The notes beneath the pieces are model-generated. The model worked only from the letters and a program-made list of their open reading frames with translations, searched no databases and was not told the origin of the DNA. From the NCBI GenBank assembly GCA_964424695.1, contig CAYRKE010000009.1, positions 17,543-81,542 of the forward strand: 64,000 nt of DNA, in the 5' to 3' direction. Of this stretch, positions 19,963-28,460 are shown piece by piece. This DNA comes from an uncultured Polyangiaceae bacterium. GTDB taxonomy: Bacteria > Myxococcota_A > Polyangia > Polyangiales > Polyangiaceae. Within the stretch, counting starts at the first letter, position 1, and every line of letters begins with the position of its first letter. The translations under genes and the position numbers were made by a program.

Positions 19963-19984
19963 CTTTCCACAGGGGTGTGGACAA
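19963..19984. promoter_or_regulatory. inverted pair of DnaA-box-like 9-mers upstream of dnaA
   Basis: CTTTCCACA (7/9 to TTATCCACA), then GGGG, then TGTGGACAA (8/9 to the complement TGTGGATAA). The pair lies 50-70 nt upstream of the preferred dnaA ATG. Confidence 0.4.
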
Positions 19985-20033
19985 GCTGGGGAGCCCCATG
20001 CATCGCAGTCTCGAAGTAGCGGCAAGCAGCGGC

Positions 20034-21494
20034 ATGATGTTGAGTTCTTCGCATTGCATCGAGTTGTGGCGGGCGGCGGTTGAGCACACCAAGGGGCGCT
20101 CGCCCGCGACGTTCGAGAAATGGTTCTCTGGCGTTCAGTTCGACCGGCTTGAGGGTGGGGTTCTTGAGCTAACGGCGCGGGACGAGTTCGTGCGCGATTG
20201 GGTCAAGACGCACTTTCTCCCCGACATGTTGGAGCACATCCAACGCTTGAGGGGAGGTGAGAGTGCATCGGAGCTGAGAGTCGAATGGCGTGTCGATGCG
20301 AAGCTGACCACCCCCGTATGTTCAGTAGTCGAGTCGTGTCCTGACGGGCGCGCTCCGGCCAGCGCGAGAAACGGGAGAGAGTCTGGCAGTCCGGCTGTGT
20401 CGAGATCGGTCCGGCCTGGTCCTCGTTCGGTTCCGCCCCGGCCGACCCCGATCTGGGATTCCCTCCTGGGCATCCTCAATCCGAAGCACACCTTCGACAA
20501 CTTCATTGTTGGGCCGTCGAACGAGCTGGCCTACGCGGCTGCTCTCGCCTCCGCAGGGGGGACCGGGCCCCGTTACAATCCGCTCTTCATTGCGGGCGGC
20601 ACTGGGCTCGGCAAGACGCATCTGATGCATGCCATTGCCCACAAGATGCTGGGACAGCGTTCCGACGCGAAGATCATCTACGTGTCGGCGGAGCGCTTCA
20701 CCAATGAGTTCATCGAGGCTCTCCAACATCAGGCGATGGACAGCTTCCGCGCACGGTATCGCAACGAGTGTGATCTGCTTCTGCTCGATGACATACAGTT
20801 CTTGGCGGGGCGTGAGCAGACCCAAGAGGAGTTCTTTCACACCTTCAACGCGCTGCGAGACGCGGACAAGCCCATCGTCGTGACCAGTGACAAGTACCCG
20901 CAGCAGTTGCAGCGGATGCCCGAACGCTTGGTGAGCCGATTCACCTCCGGGCTGGTCGCCGACATTCAGGTTCCCAAGCTCGAAACGCGGGTCGCCATCG
21001 TCAAGAAGAAGGCGGATCTCGAAGGCATAGTGCTTCCAGACAGCGTCGCGGTGCTACTCGCGCAGAGTATCCAGAGCAACGTTCGCGAACTCGAGGGGGC
21101 ACTGATTCGCTTGGCAGCCAAATCGTCTCTGACGGGTCACCCCGTGGACGAGGCATTCGCCAGGGCAGAGCTATCTGTCGTGTCGCCCCAAGGCGCAGAC
21201 CTGATGAGCGTTGAGGACATTCAGCGTGCAGTGTGTGGCCACTTCCGCTTGTCCAGTGCCGATCTTCTGAGCAAGGATCGGCATAAGAGCATCGCGTTCG
21301 CGCGACAGGTGGCGATGTACCTTTGCAGGCAGCGCTTGAAGTGCAGCTTCCCCGAGCTGGGGCGCGCGTTCGGCAATCGGGATCATACGACGGTCATGAG
21401 CGCGGTCCGTCGTGTCGAAAGCTTACGGCGGCGAGATCCTCAGGTAAACGCACACCTCGAAGCCATCGAGAAGCGCCTTGCCGGTGGGGACTGA
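20034..21494 (+). CDS. dnaA: chromosomal replication initiator DnaA
   Basis: ORF 19953..21494; the ATG at 20034 is preferred. Walker A GGTGLGKTHL, Walker B LLLLDDIQF, and a C-terminal DNA-binding region ...AFARQVAMYL...FGNRDHTTVMSA. Confidence 0.92.
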   Translation: MMLSSSHCIELWRAAVEHTKGRSPATFEKWFSGVQFDRLEGGVLELTARDEFVRDWVKTHFLPDMLEHIQRLRGGESASELRVEWRVDAKLTTPVCSVVESCPDGRAPASARNGRESGSPAVSRSVRPGPRSVPPRPTPIWDSLLGILNPKHTFDNFIVGPSNELAYAAALASAGGTGPRYNPLFIAGGTGLGKTHLMHAIAHKMLGQRSDAKIIYVSAERFTNEFIEALQHQAMDSFRARYRNECDLLLLDDIQFLAGREQTQEEFFHTFNALRDADKPIVVTSDKYPQQLQRMPERLVSRFTSGLVADIQVPKLETRVAIVKKKADLEGIVLPDSVAVLLAQSIQSNVRELEGALIRLAAKSSLTGHPVDEAFARAELSVVSPQGADLMSVEDIQRAVCGHFRLSSADLLSKDRHKSIAFARQVAMYLCRQRLKCSFPELGRAFGNRDHTTVMSAVRRVESLRRRDPQVNAHLEAIEKRLAGGD

Positions 21495-21611
21495 GCTCGG
21501 AGAGACGCGCTGAGACACCGAACACAGCGACCGGTCACCGGGCTGCTCGCGTCCTCCAGGTTCCATCGCTGTGGCAATTCTGCCTTGGTGTGGCTAGGAG
21601 CCGGGCTTTCG

Positions 21612-21640
21612 TTGGAGAAGAGGCCGGTCAGAGGTATACT
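21612..21640 (+). promoter_or_regulatory. sigma-70-like promoter (TTGGAG-17-TATACT)
   Basis: The -10 ends at 21640. The predicted +1, 7 nt downstream, coincides with the A of the ATG at 21647, and no Shine-Dalgarno lies between. Confidence 0.3.
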
Positions 21641-21646
21641 TGCCGC

Positions 21647-21862
21647 ATGAACAGCCTGCGGCGCATCCAGGAGTACATGGCGGATCGGCGCGGCGTCCTT
21701 TTAGCGGATGGGACTTCGGGCAAGATCGTGCGCGTCGAGACGACGCTACCATACGGTCGGACTATGGTGTCCGTGTGGGTGCAGGGTAGTGGAATTGCCC
21801 GTCTCGCAAAGGTAGACCTGTCGGCGATTGTCGGTCTGGCTCCTACGAAGCCACCGGCCTAA
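21647..21862 (+). CDS. small hypothetical protein (71 aa), possibly leaderless
   Basis: MNSLRRIQEYMADRRGVLLADGTSGKIVRVETTLPYGRTMVSVWVQGSGIARLAKVDL.... It is the only protein-like part of ORF 21323..21862. Confidence 0.4.
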   Translation: MNSLRRIQEYMADRRGVLLADGTSGKIVRVETTLPYGRTMVSVWVQGSGIARLAKVDLSAIVGLAPTKPPA

Positions 21863-22063
21863 CCGGGACAGCACGTCGCTCGGATCATTGCCTGCATCGG
21901 TGAGTCTTCGGCACCCCCGCGGAGGCCATGTGGCGGGGATGGCGTTCTCAGGTGAGTGTTGCGCAGAGGAATACCCGCGAGAGGAACGGGTGAAACTCGT
22001 CGAGCGTCAATGGGAGGACACGGTGAGCCGACGAGCGTCGCTACTTTGAGACCCGGAACGCCG

Positions 22064-23896
22064 CTACTCGGGTTGGCCTCCGTAGAGCGCTTCGGCGATC
22101 TCGAACGTGGTGTTCTCCAGTCTCACGTAAGCCTCCTGGATTGAGGCAAGATCGGCGCCGCTCTCGAGCAGTAGCTTCAGAGTCTCCACGTCCTCGCGCA
22201 TCCCACTCATGCGATCGGCGTCGAGCAGGTCTGCATAGCCATCAAGCGCCTGCTCCGTGGTGTAGATGAGCGTCTCGGCCTGATTCCTGAGCTCGGCCAG
22301 CTGTTTTCGAAGACAGTCGCTTTCGTGGAACTGTTCCCCTTCGGCCACGATTCGGCCGATTTCTGATTCGTTCAGCCCTGACGTTGGGGTCACGTTCACG
22401 GTCTGGACACGCTTGGTTCCGAGATCCTTGGCCTCGACCGAGAGGATCCCATTGGCGTCGATTCTGAAGGTGACCTGGATCTGTGGCACGCCCCGTGGAG
22501 CCGGTGGAATTCCGGTGAGCTCAAAGCGAGCAAGGCTCCGGTTGTCGGCCGCCATGTCCCGCTCGCCCTGGAGCACGTGGATCGGCACGAATGGCTGGTT
22601 GTTCATGCTGGTCGTGAAGATCTCGGACTTTTCGGTGGGTACGGTTGTGTTTCGGGGGATGAGCCTCGTGTACACACCGCCACCGGTCTCGACTCCGATC
22701 GACAGGGGCGTCACATCGAGTAGCAGCACTTCGTCGATGGTGCCTGCCAAGGCGGCGGCCTGAAGCGCGGCCCCAACCGCTACCACTTCATCGGGATTGA
22801 CCTCTTTGCTTGGATCGCGTCCAAAGAACTCACGGACCGCCTTCTGCACGGCTGGCATGCGCGTCATTCCGCCAACCAGCACTACCTGGTGAATATCCCT
22901 TGTGCTGACCCTCGCATCATCGAGCACGCGTTTGCATACAAGGATCGTCCGGTCGATGAGATCATGAGTCATGATCTCGAGCTCACTCCGCTTGAGCGAC
23001 CGTTCGAGGTGAAGTGGTCCCGAGGGCCCGGACGCAACGAAGGGAATGTTGATCTCCGTCTGGAGCGATGATGATAGCTCGTGTTTCGCGCGTTCGGACG
23101 CTTCACGGAGCCGCTGGAGGCTCATCTTGTCCTTCCGAAGGTCGATGCCATGAGCCTTCTGGAACTCTTCGGACAGGAAGTCGATGAGCCGGATATCGAA
23201 GTCCTCTCCCCCAAGATGGGTGTCCCCGCCCGTGGCCTTGACGTTGAAAACACCCCCAGCAATCTCCAGAATCGAGATGTCGAAGGTCCCACCCCCGAGA
23301 TCGTAGACGACTATTCGCTCGGAGCCGCTGGCATCGAGGCCGTAAGCGAGTGCTGCGGCCGTCGGTTCGTTGATGATCCGTTTGACGTCAAGGCCAGCGA
23401 TCCTTCCCGCGTCCTTGGTGGCCTGTCGTTGGGCGTCGTCAAAGTAGGCGGGCACGGTGATGATTGCCTCCGTGACCTCTTCCCCGAGATACGCTTCCGC
23501 TACTTCCTTCAGAGACGCGAGGATCATGCTCGCGATCTCTGGAGGCGACATCTGTCTGCCTCCCACTGAGACCCAAGCATCACCATTGTCGTGTTCGACA
23601 ACCGAGTACGGAACTGCTGTTCGCTGCTTGACGACGTCCGGATCGTTGAACTTGCGACCCATCATCCGCTTCACCGCAAACACTGTGTTTGCAGCGTTGG
23701 TCGTTGCCTGTCGTTTGGCGACCTGTCCAACGAGCCTGTCGCCTCCCAGTGTGAATGCGATGATGGATGGCGTCGTTCTCGCTCCCTCGGCATTCGGGAT
23801 CACTTTGACGTCGGGACGACCCAAAGCGCTATGACCCTCTACCACGCTGACGCATGAGTTGGTGGTGCCGAGGTCGATGCCAACTACTCTACCCAT
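22064..23896 (-). CDS. dnaK: molecular chaperone DnaK (Hsp70)
   Basis: 610 aa. Motifs [23 protein letters not shown] and [13 protein letters not shown]. Confidence 0.97.
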   Translation of the reverse strand: MGRVVGIDLGTTNSCVSVVEGHSALGRPDVKVIPNAEGARTTPSIIAFTLGGDRLVGQVAKRQATTNAANTVFAVKRMMGRKFNDPDVVKQRTAVPYSVVEHDNGDAWVSVGGRQMSPPEIASMILASLKEVAEAYLGEEVTEAIITVPAYFDDAQRQATKDAGRIAGLDVKRIINEPTAAALAYGLDASGSERIVVYDLGGGTFDISILEIAGGVFNVKATGGDTHLGGEDFDIRLIDFLSEEFQKAHGIDLRKDKMSLQRLREASERAKHELSSSLQTEINIPFVASGPSGPLHLERSLKRSELEIMTHDLIDRTILVCKRVLDDARVSTRDIHQVVLVGGMTRMPAVQKAVREFFGRDPSKEVNPDEVVAVGAALQAAALAGTIDEVLLLDVTPLSIGVETGGGVYTRLIPRNTTVPTEKSEIFTTSMNNQPFVPIHVLQGERDMAADNRSLARFELTGIPPAPRGVPQIQVTFRIDANGILSVEAKDLGTKRVQTVNVTPTSGLNESEIGRIVAEGEQFHESDCLRKQLAELRNQAETLIYTTEQALDGYADLLDADRMSGMREDVETLKLLLESGADLASIQEAYVRLENTTFEIAEALYGGQPE

Positions 23897-23962
23897 GTCA
23901 AACCCGATGGTACCTTCAGCCAGAGGCTCGATTCAATCAGCAGAATCCCGCGGGACACCGCC

Positions 23963-24703
23963 TCAGTTTTCTGGCGCCTTGGCTACCACGACCAGCGAAG
24001 GACGGATCAGCCGATCCCCCATGCGGTAGCCGGCCTGAAGCTCCGCTGCCACCGTGCCAGGGGTGTGCTCCGTTGTCGGCAAATGTTGGATTGCCTCGTG
24101 AACCGTGGGATCGAACGGCACGCCTTGCGCCGCAATCCGCTCGATTCCGATCCGCGCCAGCGTATCGATGAACTGCCGCATTACCAGGGATATCCCCTCC
24201 GCGAACGTTTGGACGTCGGTCGCGGAACTGGCGTGGGCTGCCGCTCTCTCGAGATTGTCGAAAACGGGCAGCAGTTCACGCAGTAGGTCGCCTCGTCCCT
24301 GCTTATCGGCGTCGGCGAGTTCCTTGCGGGACCGTTTGCGGAAGTTGTCGAAGTCCGCCGCAGTTCGAAGGAGCTGATCGCGCACGCGGATGAGCTCTTC
24401 CTCGGCAGTAGGTGTCTTCTTCTCGGAATCAGCACTCCCTTCTGGGGCGGCGGTCGCAGCATCGGCGTTTCCGGTTGCACCCGCTTCTGAGGAAGGGGCC
24501 TTGGTTTTCGTCGAGGAGGCCTCGGTTTCGGCGCTCTTTTCCGACGAGGCTGCTCCTTGGGCATCACCGTTGTGGGAAGACGTTTCGGTAGCAGACTGAG
24601 GTTCGGTCATCTCGCCAGTCAGTTCGGTCTGGTCGCGCCGCTCGGTTGCATTCGGGTCGGTCATGGGCGAAGTGTCGGTGCTGGATACTGATGGGCTGTT
24701 CAC
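23963..24703 (-). CDS. grpE: nucleotide exchange factor GrpE
   Basis: 246 aa with an acidic/Ser-rich N-terminus. C-terminal ...FDNFRKR...GVPFDPTVHEAIQH...ELQAGYRMGDRLIRPSLVVV. The start is GTG 24703 or ATG 24664. Confidence 0.9.
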   Translation of the reverse strand: MNSPSVSSTDTSPMTDPNATERRDQTELTGEMTEPQSATETSSHNGDAQGAASSEKSAETEASSTKTKAPSSEAGATGNADAATAAPEGSADSEKKTPTAEEELIRVRDQLLRTAADFDNFRKRSRKELADADKQGRGDLLRELLPVFDNLERAAAHASSATDVQTFAEGISLVMRQFIDTLARIGIERIAAQGVPFDPTVHEAIQHLPTTEHTPGTVAAELQAGYRMGDRLIRPSLVVVAKAPEN

Positions 24704-24712
24704 GAGGGCGAC

Positions 24713-24740
24713 ACTATAGCCACGGATTCACGGCTGCCAA
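24713..24740 (-). promoter_or_regulatory. sigma-70-like promoter (TTGGCA-16-TATAGT) in the 37-bp gap upstream of grpE
   Basis: Read on the minus strand immediately after the upstream gene's TGA. The predicted +1 (about 24706) is 3 nt before GTG 24703. Confidence 0.35.
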
Positions 24741-25898
24741 TCACTCGGCTGTCCCCGAGACCTCTGGTGCACGGGCCTGGGTTGGGGCCTCCTCACAAGG
24801 CGCCTGTCGGAGTGCCCTCAGCCGTCCTCCCGTCGACCGATCATCCTGTGGTTTCGATGGGTTTGGTCCGAACCAGGTATCCACTTCGGGCAATACCCAG
24901 AACCTGGTTGCCTTCGCGAGGGCAGTGATGAGTCGCGTCGACGGGCCGGACTTGCCGTAGCCATCTGATTCGAGCCAGAAGCATGTGTCCCCGTCGAGCG
25001 GTGCGTAGAGATGCTCCTGGCCCGGCTGAACGAAGACCAGGTCTTCAGCGATGAGAGCTCCTGATTCGGACCGCACGTGCACTCGCTGCGCGCCACTCGG
25101 CCACCGCGTCCAGGCTCCAGCGCTCGGACTCTCTGTGCTGCTTGGATGCACCAAGGTCATGCGCCCGCCTACAACCCCGACGGTGATCGGGGCATCCGTC
25201 AGATTGAGGAGCCGCACGCGGGCATTGAATACATTGAACGAGAGGGGCGCAGCAACGAGCGCCACGAGGGGCCCAACAAACAGCCACGCAACCCGCCGGC
25301 CACGGTGACCACGGCAGTATTCCGATGACGATCGGTTCCGGGCCGCGAGGGCCTGAGCCCACGGCACGCACACGCACACGAGTCTGCCGTCGGTTCCCCA
25401 CCACGCGGCTCTATCGAGCCACGGTCGGGGAACTCCGCCGAACCGGTGCCGACCGCGCCACAAGGCGAACAGGGTTGGGACCAACGCCGCTGCGACCGAG
25501 AGCGCGAGGATAGTGGCCCGCCCCGCCCGGTCGAAGAGCAACGGAAGCGTCAACGCTGTCGTGAATGCAAGGAGCGCCGACGAGGCCACCACCCCCATGA
25601 GTCGAGTCGTTGCTGACGTAGCGTGACGGTGGCAGACCGCGCAGTACGGCACAATCACTGTCGCTCCATCTCGACCACGGAGCTCGCGCAGTGAGAGGCT
25701 GGCTGGAGCGCAGCAGCCCGCGCACGAGTCCGGGACCAGAATGCCGACCTCCGGCAGAGAAACGGCTCGCAGCCCACTCATGACTCTGCTGCCAGCCGTT
25801 GGAGCCTCGACCGATTCGGAGCCGTTCACCGCAATCGGGTCCTTCTTGGGCGAGCTCATGGTTTCAGGCATTAGCACGTCGAGCCGATGGCTCCGCAC
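24741..25898 (-). CDS. hypothetical polytopic membrane protein with N-terminal Cys4 zinc-ribbon-like motif
   Basis: 385 aa. CAGCC...(24 aa)...CAVCH is followed by 3-4 hydrophobic helices and a C-terminal domain of about 150 aa. The start is uncertain (alternative ATG at 25859). Confidence 0.55.
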   Translation of the reverse strand: MRSHRLDVLMPETMSSPKKDPIAVNGSESVEAPTAGSRVMSGLRAVSLPEVGILVPDSCAGCCAPASLSLRELRGRDGATVIVPYCAVCHRHATSATTRLMGVVASSALLAFTTALTLPLLFDRAGRATILALSVAAALVPTLFALWRGRHRFGGVPRPWLDRAAWWGTDGRLVCVCVPWAQALAARNRSSSEYCRGHRGRRVAWLFVGPLVALVAAPLSFNVFNARVRLLNLTDAPITVGVVGGRMTLVHPSSTESPSAGAWTRWPSGAQRVHVRSESGALIAEDLVFVQPGQEHLYAPLDGDTCFWLESDGYGKSGPSTRLITALAKATRFWVLPEVDTWFGPNPSKPQDDRSTGGRLRALRQAPCEEAPTQARAPEVSGTAE

Positions 25899-26198
25899 GG
25901 CGGCACTGCCCTCGGGGGCTCACCGTGCCCGTGCGGTACCTCAACCTGCAGTCCGGTCCCCAAGAAATTGCGAGATGATCTACTAGGTGCTGTGAGCTTC
26001 CAGGTCGGCGACGATGGTTCTGGCGTCCAAACCCGCGGTCCGGCCACGCCGAGGGATGCGGGGTTTGCGGACGCGGATCGGATGCCCCCGGGGGAATTTT
26101 CTGGGTTCGCGCGGCCGAAACGCTGAAATGGCCCTCCGCGCGGGTCCTGCCGGTCCCACGCTCGGCAGATCCTGTCGTGTGGCGAGGCGGGGATCAAC

Positions 26199-28451
26199 TT
26201 GAGCGAACTCATCGCAAGCGGTAGGCCGAACGCCGAAATCATGGAACTCAACGAACCGCAACTCGAGGCGGTCGGTCACGCCGATGGGCCGCTCCTGATC
26301 TTTGCGGGGGCCGGCAGCGGTAAGACCAGAACCATCACCTACCGCATCGCGAACCTCCTTGCGAGGCACGCTGTGCCTCCGTACCGCGTTCTCGCGGTGA
26401 CGTTCACGAACAGGGCTGCGGGTGAGATGAAGGCGCGGCTTGAAGACCTCGCCGGCCCGAGCATTGTCCGCGATCTGTGGGTTGGAACCTTCCATTCCGT
26501 CTGCGCGCGTCTGCTTCGACGCTATCACGGGGAGGCGGCGCTGACTCGAGACTTTCTGATCTACGACGAGAGCGATCAGAAGGCGGTGATGACGCGCGTC
26601 ATCAAGGCAATGAAGCTCGATGATCGGCAGTTTCCACCGAAGGCGGTGCTCTCGCGCATTCATGCGGAGAAGCGTGAGGGTCGAGGATCTTCGGATGCCA
26701 GCGCGTCACCCTACCGCGATGAGACCTTCCTCGAGCTATTCGCAGAGTATCAGCGAGCACTGCGGGCTGCGAATGCGGTGGACTTCGAGGACCTTATCGT
26801 CGAGATGATGCGGTTAGCCGAACGCACAGATAGTAGCACGGGCGCGGAGCTGCAGGGGCTCTTTGACTACGTCCTGGTGGACGAGTTTCAGGATACCAAC
26901 ATCACTCAGTACCGCCTTATCAAGGCGCTCAGCGCGCAGAAGCGGAATCTCTGCGTCGTCGGCGACGACGATCAGTCCATCTATCGTTGGCGCGGGGCGG
27001 ATGTCCGCATCATTCGCAATTTCAGGCGTGACTTTCCCGACGCCCAGATCGTGAAGCTCGAACAGAACTACCGGTCCTCGGGTAACATCGTTCGGGCTGC
27101 GCTTGGAGTCATCGGACCGTCGGAAGAGCGGGTTCCAAAGAATCTCTGGACTGCTGCTGAGGCCGGGGAGAAGGTTCGCGTATGCGCGGTGCTCGACGAG
27201 CGTGAGGAGGCCGCACTTACGGCGCGGGGTGCGCGAGAGACCATCGTGGGGGGCACTGATCCGACCCAGGTTGCCGTATTCTACCGGGTGCATGCGCAAT
27301 CGCGAGTACTCGAGGAAGCCTTCCGTGCGGAGCGTGTCCCCTATCAAATCATCGGAGGGATGAGGTTCTTCGAGCGCGCCGAGGTCAGGGACATTCTTGC
27401 TTATCTGCGCCTTGTGGAGAACCCAAGAAGTCTCGCCGACCTGATGCGAGTCATCAACGTCCCCGCGCGAGGCATCGGAGCGAAGACGGTGGAGATGCTG
27501 CTCGAAACCGCCGAGGCTCGTGGAACGAGCGCGTTCGATGCGATAGACGCCGTGCTGCGCGATAACTCCGTTGGCGGGGCCGCGCGACGGCGGCTTCAGG
27601 GCTTCCGCGACCTCATCGAACAGCTCAGGGACGTTCGCGGCTCCGCATCGCCGCGGACCATCGGGGAGCATGTCGTTGAGCGCACCGGTTACCGCGACTT
27701 CCTCAGAGAGCAGGATACGGCGGAAAGCGACGCTCGGCTGGAGAACATCCAGGAGCTGATGGGTTCCTTGTCCGACTATGAGTACGACGCCGAGCAGGCC
27801 GGTGAGTCTGCCACGCTGAGCGGGTATCTGGAGCGCGTCAGCCTTGTCAGCGCCGTTGACGCGATGCGTGACGTTCCGAGCGTGGCGCTAATGACCGTGC
27901 ATGCCGCCAAGGGCCTGGAGTTCGATACGGTATTTCTCACCGGCATGGAAGAAGAGGTATTCCCGTATCGGGGAGTCGATGGCCGCCGACCCGACGAGCT
28001 GGAAGAAGAGCGACGTCTTGCTTACGTGGCGATCACTCGGGCGCGCAAGCGGCTCGTCATCACTCACGCGGGCATGAGGATGCTCTTCGGGCAGACTCGC
28101 TACCTTGCTCCCAGCCGTTTCCTCTGCGATCTGCCGCAGGACGTCATTGAGCATACCCGTGCAGGGGGGACCAAGAGCTTTCACGAGCGCACCTCCTACG
28201 GGACGGAGCGACATGGGCGCACCGAGGTCCGTGACGTTCCCGGTGAACGTTTCATCGAGCGAGACTTCTCTGACGCCCACGGCAGCGATGAGCCCGGCGT
28301 CGTCGTGCGTCCCGGAGACTCCGTGGTTCACAAGCGTTTCGGAACCGGAGTGGTGGAGCGGATCGAACACGGCGTTGCACCGGCCATCGTGGCCCGGTTT
28401 CCCGGATTCGGAGTGCGCAAGGTTCTCGCGCAGTTTCTTACTCCGGGGTGA
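26199..28451 (+). CDS. UvrD/PcrA/Rep-family ATP-dependent DNA helicase
   Basis: 750 aa. Motifs AGAGSGKT, VDEFQDTN, QNYRSS, VHAAKGLEF and YVAITRA, plus a C-terminal VVHKRFGTGVV tail. TTG start at 26199 or ATG at 26241. Confidence 0.92.
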   Translation: MSELIASGRPNAEIMELNEPQLEAVGHADGPLLIFAGAGSGKTRTITYRIANLLARHAVPPYRVLAVTFTNRAAGEMKARLEDLAGPSIVRDLWVGTFHSVCARLLRRYHGEAALTRDFLIYDESDQKAVMTRVIKAMKLDDRQFPPKAVLSRIHAEKREGRGSSDASASPYRDETFLELFAEYQRALRAANAVDFEDLIVEMMRLAERTDSSTGAELQGLFDYVLVDEFQDTNITQYRLIKALSAQKRNLCVVGDDDQSIYRWRGADVRIIRNFRRDFPDAQIVKLEQNYRSSGNIVRAALGVIGPSEERVPKNLWTAAEAGEKVRVCAVLDEREEAALTARGARETIVGGTDPTQVAVFYRVHAQSRVLEEAFRAERVPYQIIGGMRFFERAEVRDILAYLRLVENPRSLADLMRVINVPARGIGAKTVEMLLETAEARGTSAFDAIDAVLRDNSVGGAARRRLQGFRDLIEQLRDVRGSASPRTIGEHVVERTGYRDFLREQDTAESDARLENIQELMGSLSDYEYDAEQAGESATLSGYLERVSLVSAVDAMRDVPSVALMTVHAAKGLEFDTVFLTGMEEEVFPYRGVDGRRPDELEEERRLAYVAITRARKRLVITHAGMRMLFGQTRYLAPSRFLCDLPQDVIEHTRAGGTKSFHERTSYGTERHGRTEVRDVPGERFIERDFSDAHGSDEPGVVVRPGDSVVHKRFGTGVVERIEHGVAPAIVARFPGFGVRKVLAQFLTPG

Positions 28452-28460
28452 TCCTGCTGA

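Noticed and set aside
23897-25000. Search for a CIRCE (HrcA) operator or a sigma-32-type promoter upstream of grpE-dnaK.
   Set aside because: No TTAGCACTC-N9-GAGTGCTAA-like inverted repeat and no CTTGAA...CCCCAT pattern was found. Only a sigma-70-like TTGGCA-16-TATAGT is present.
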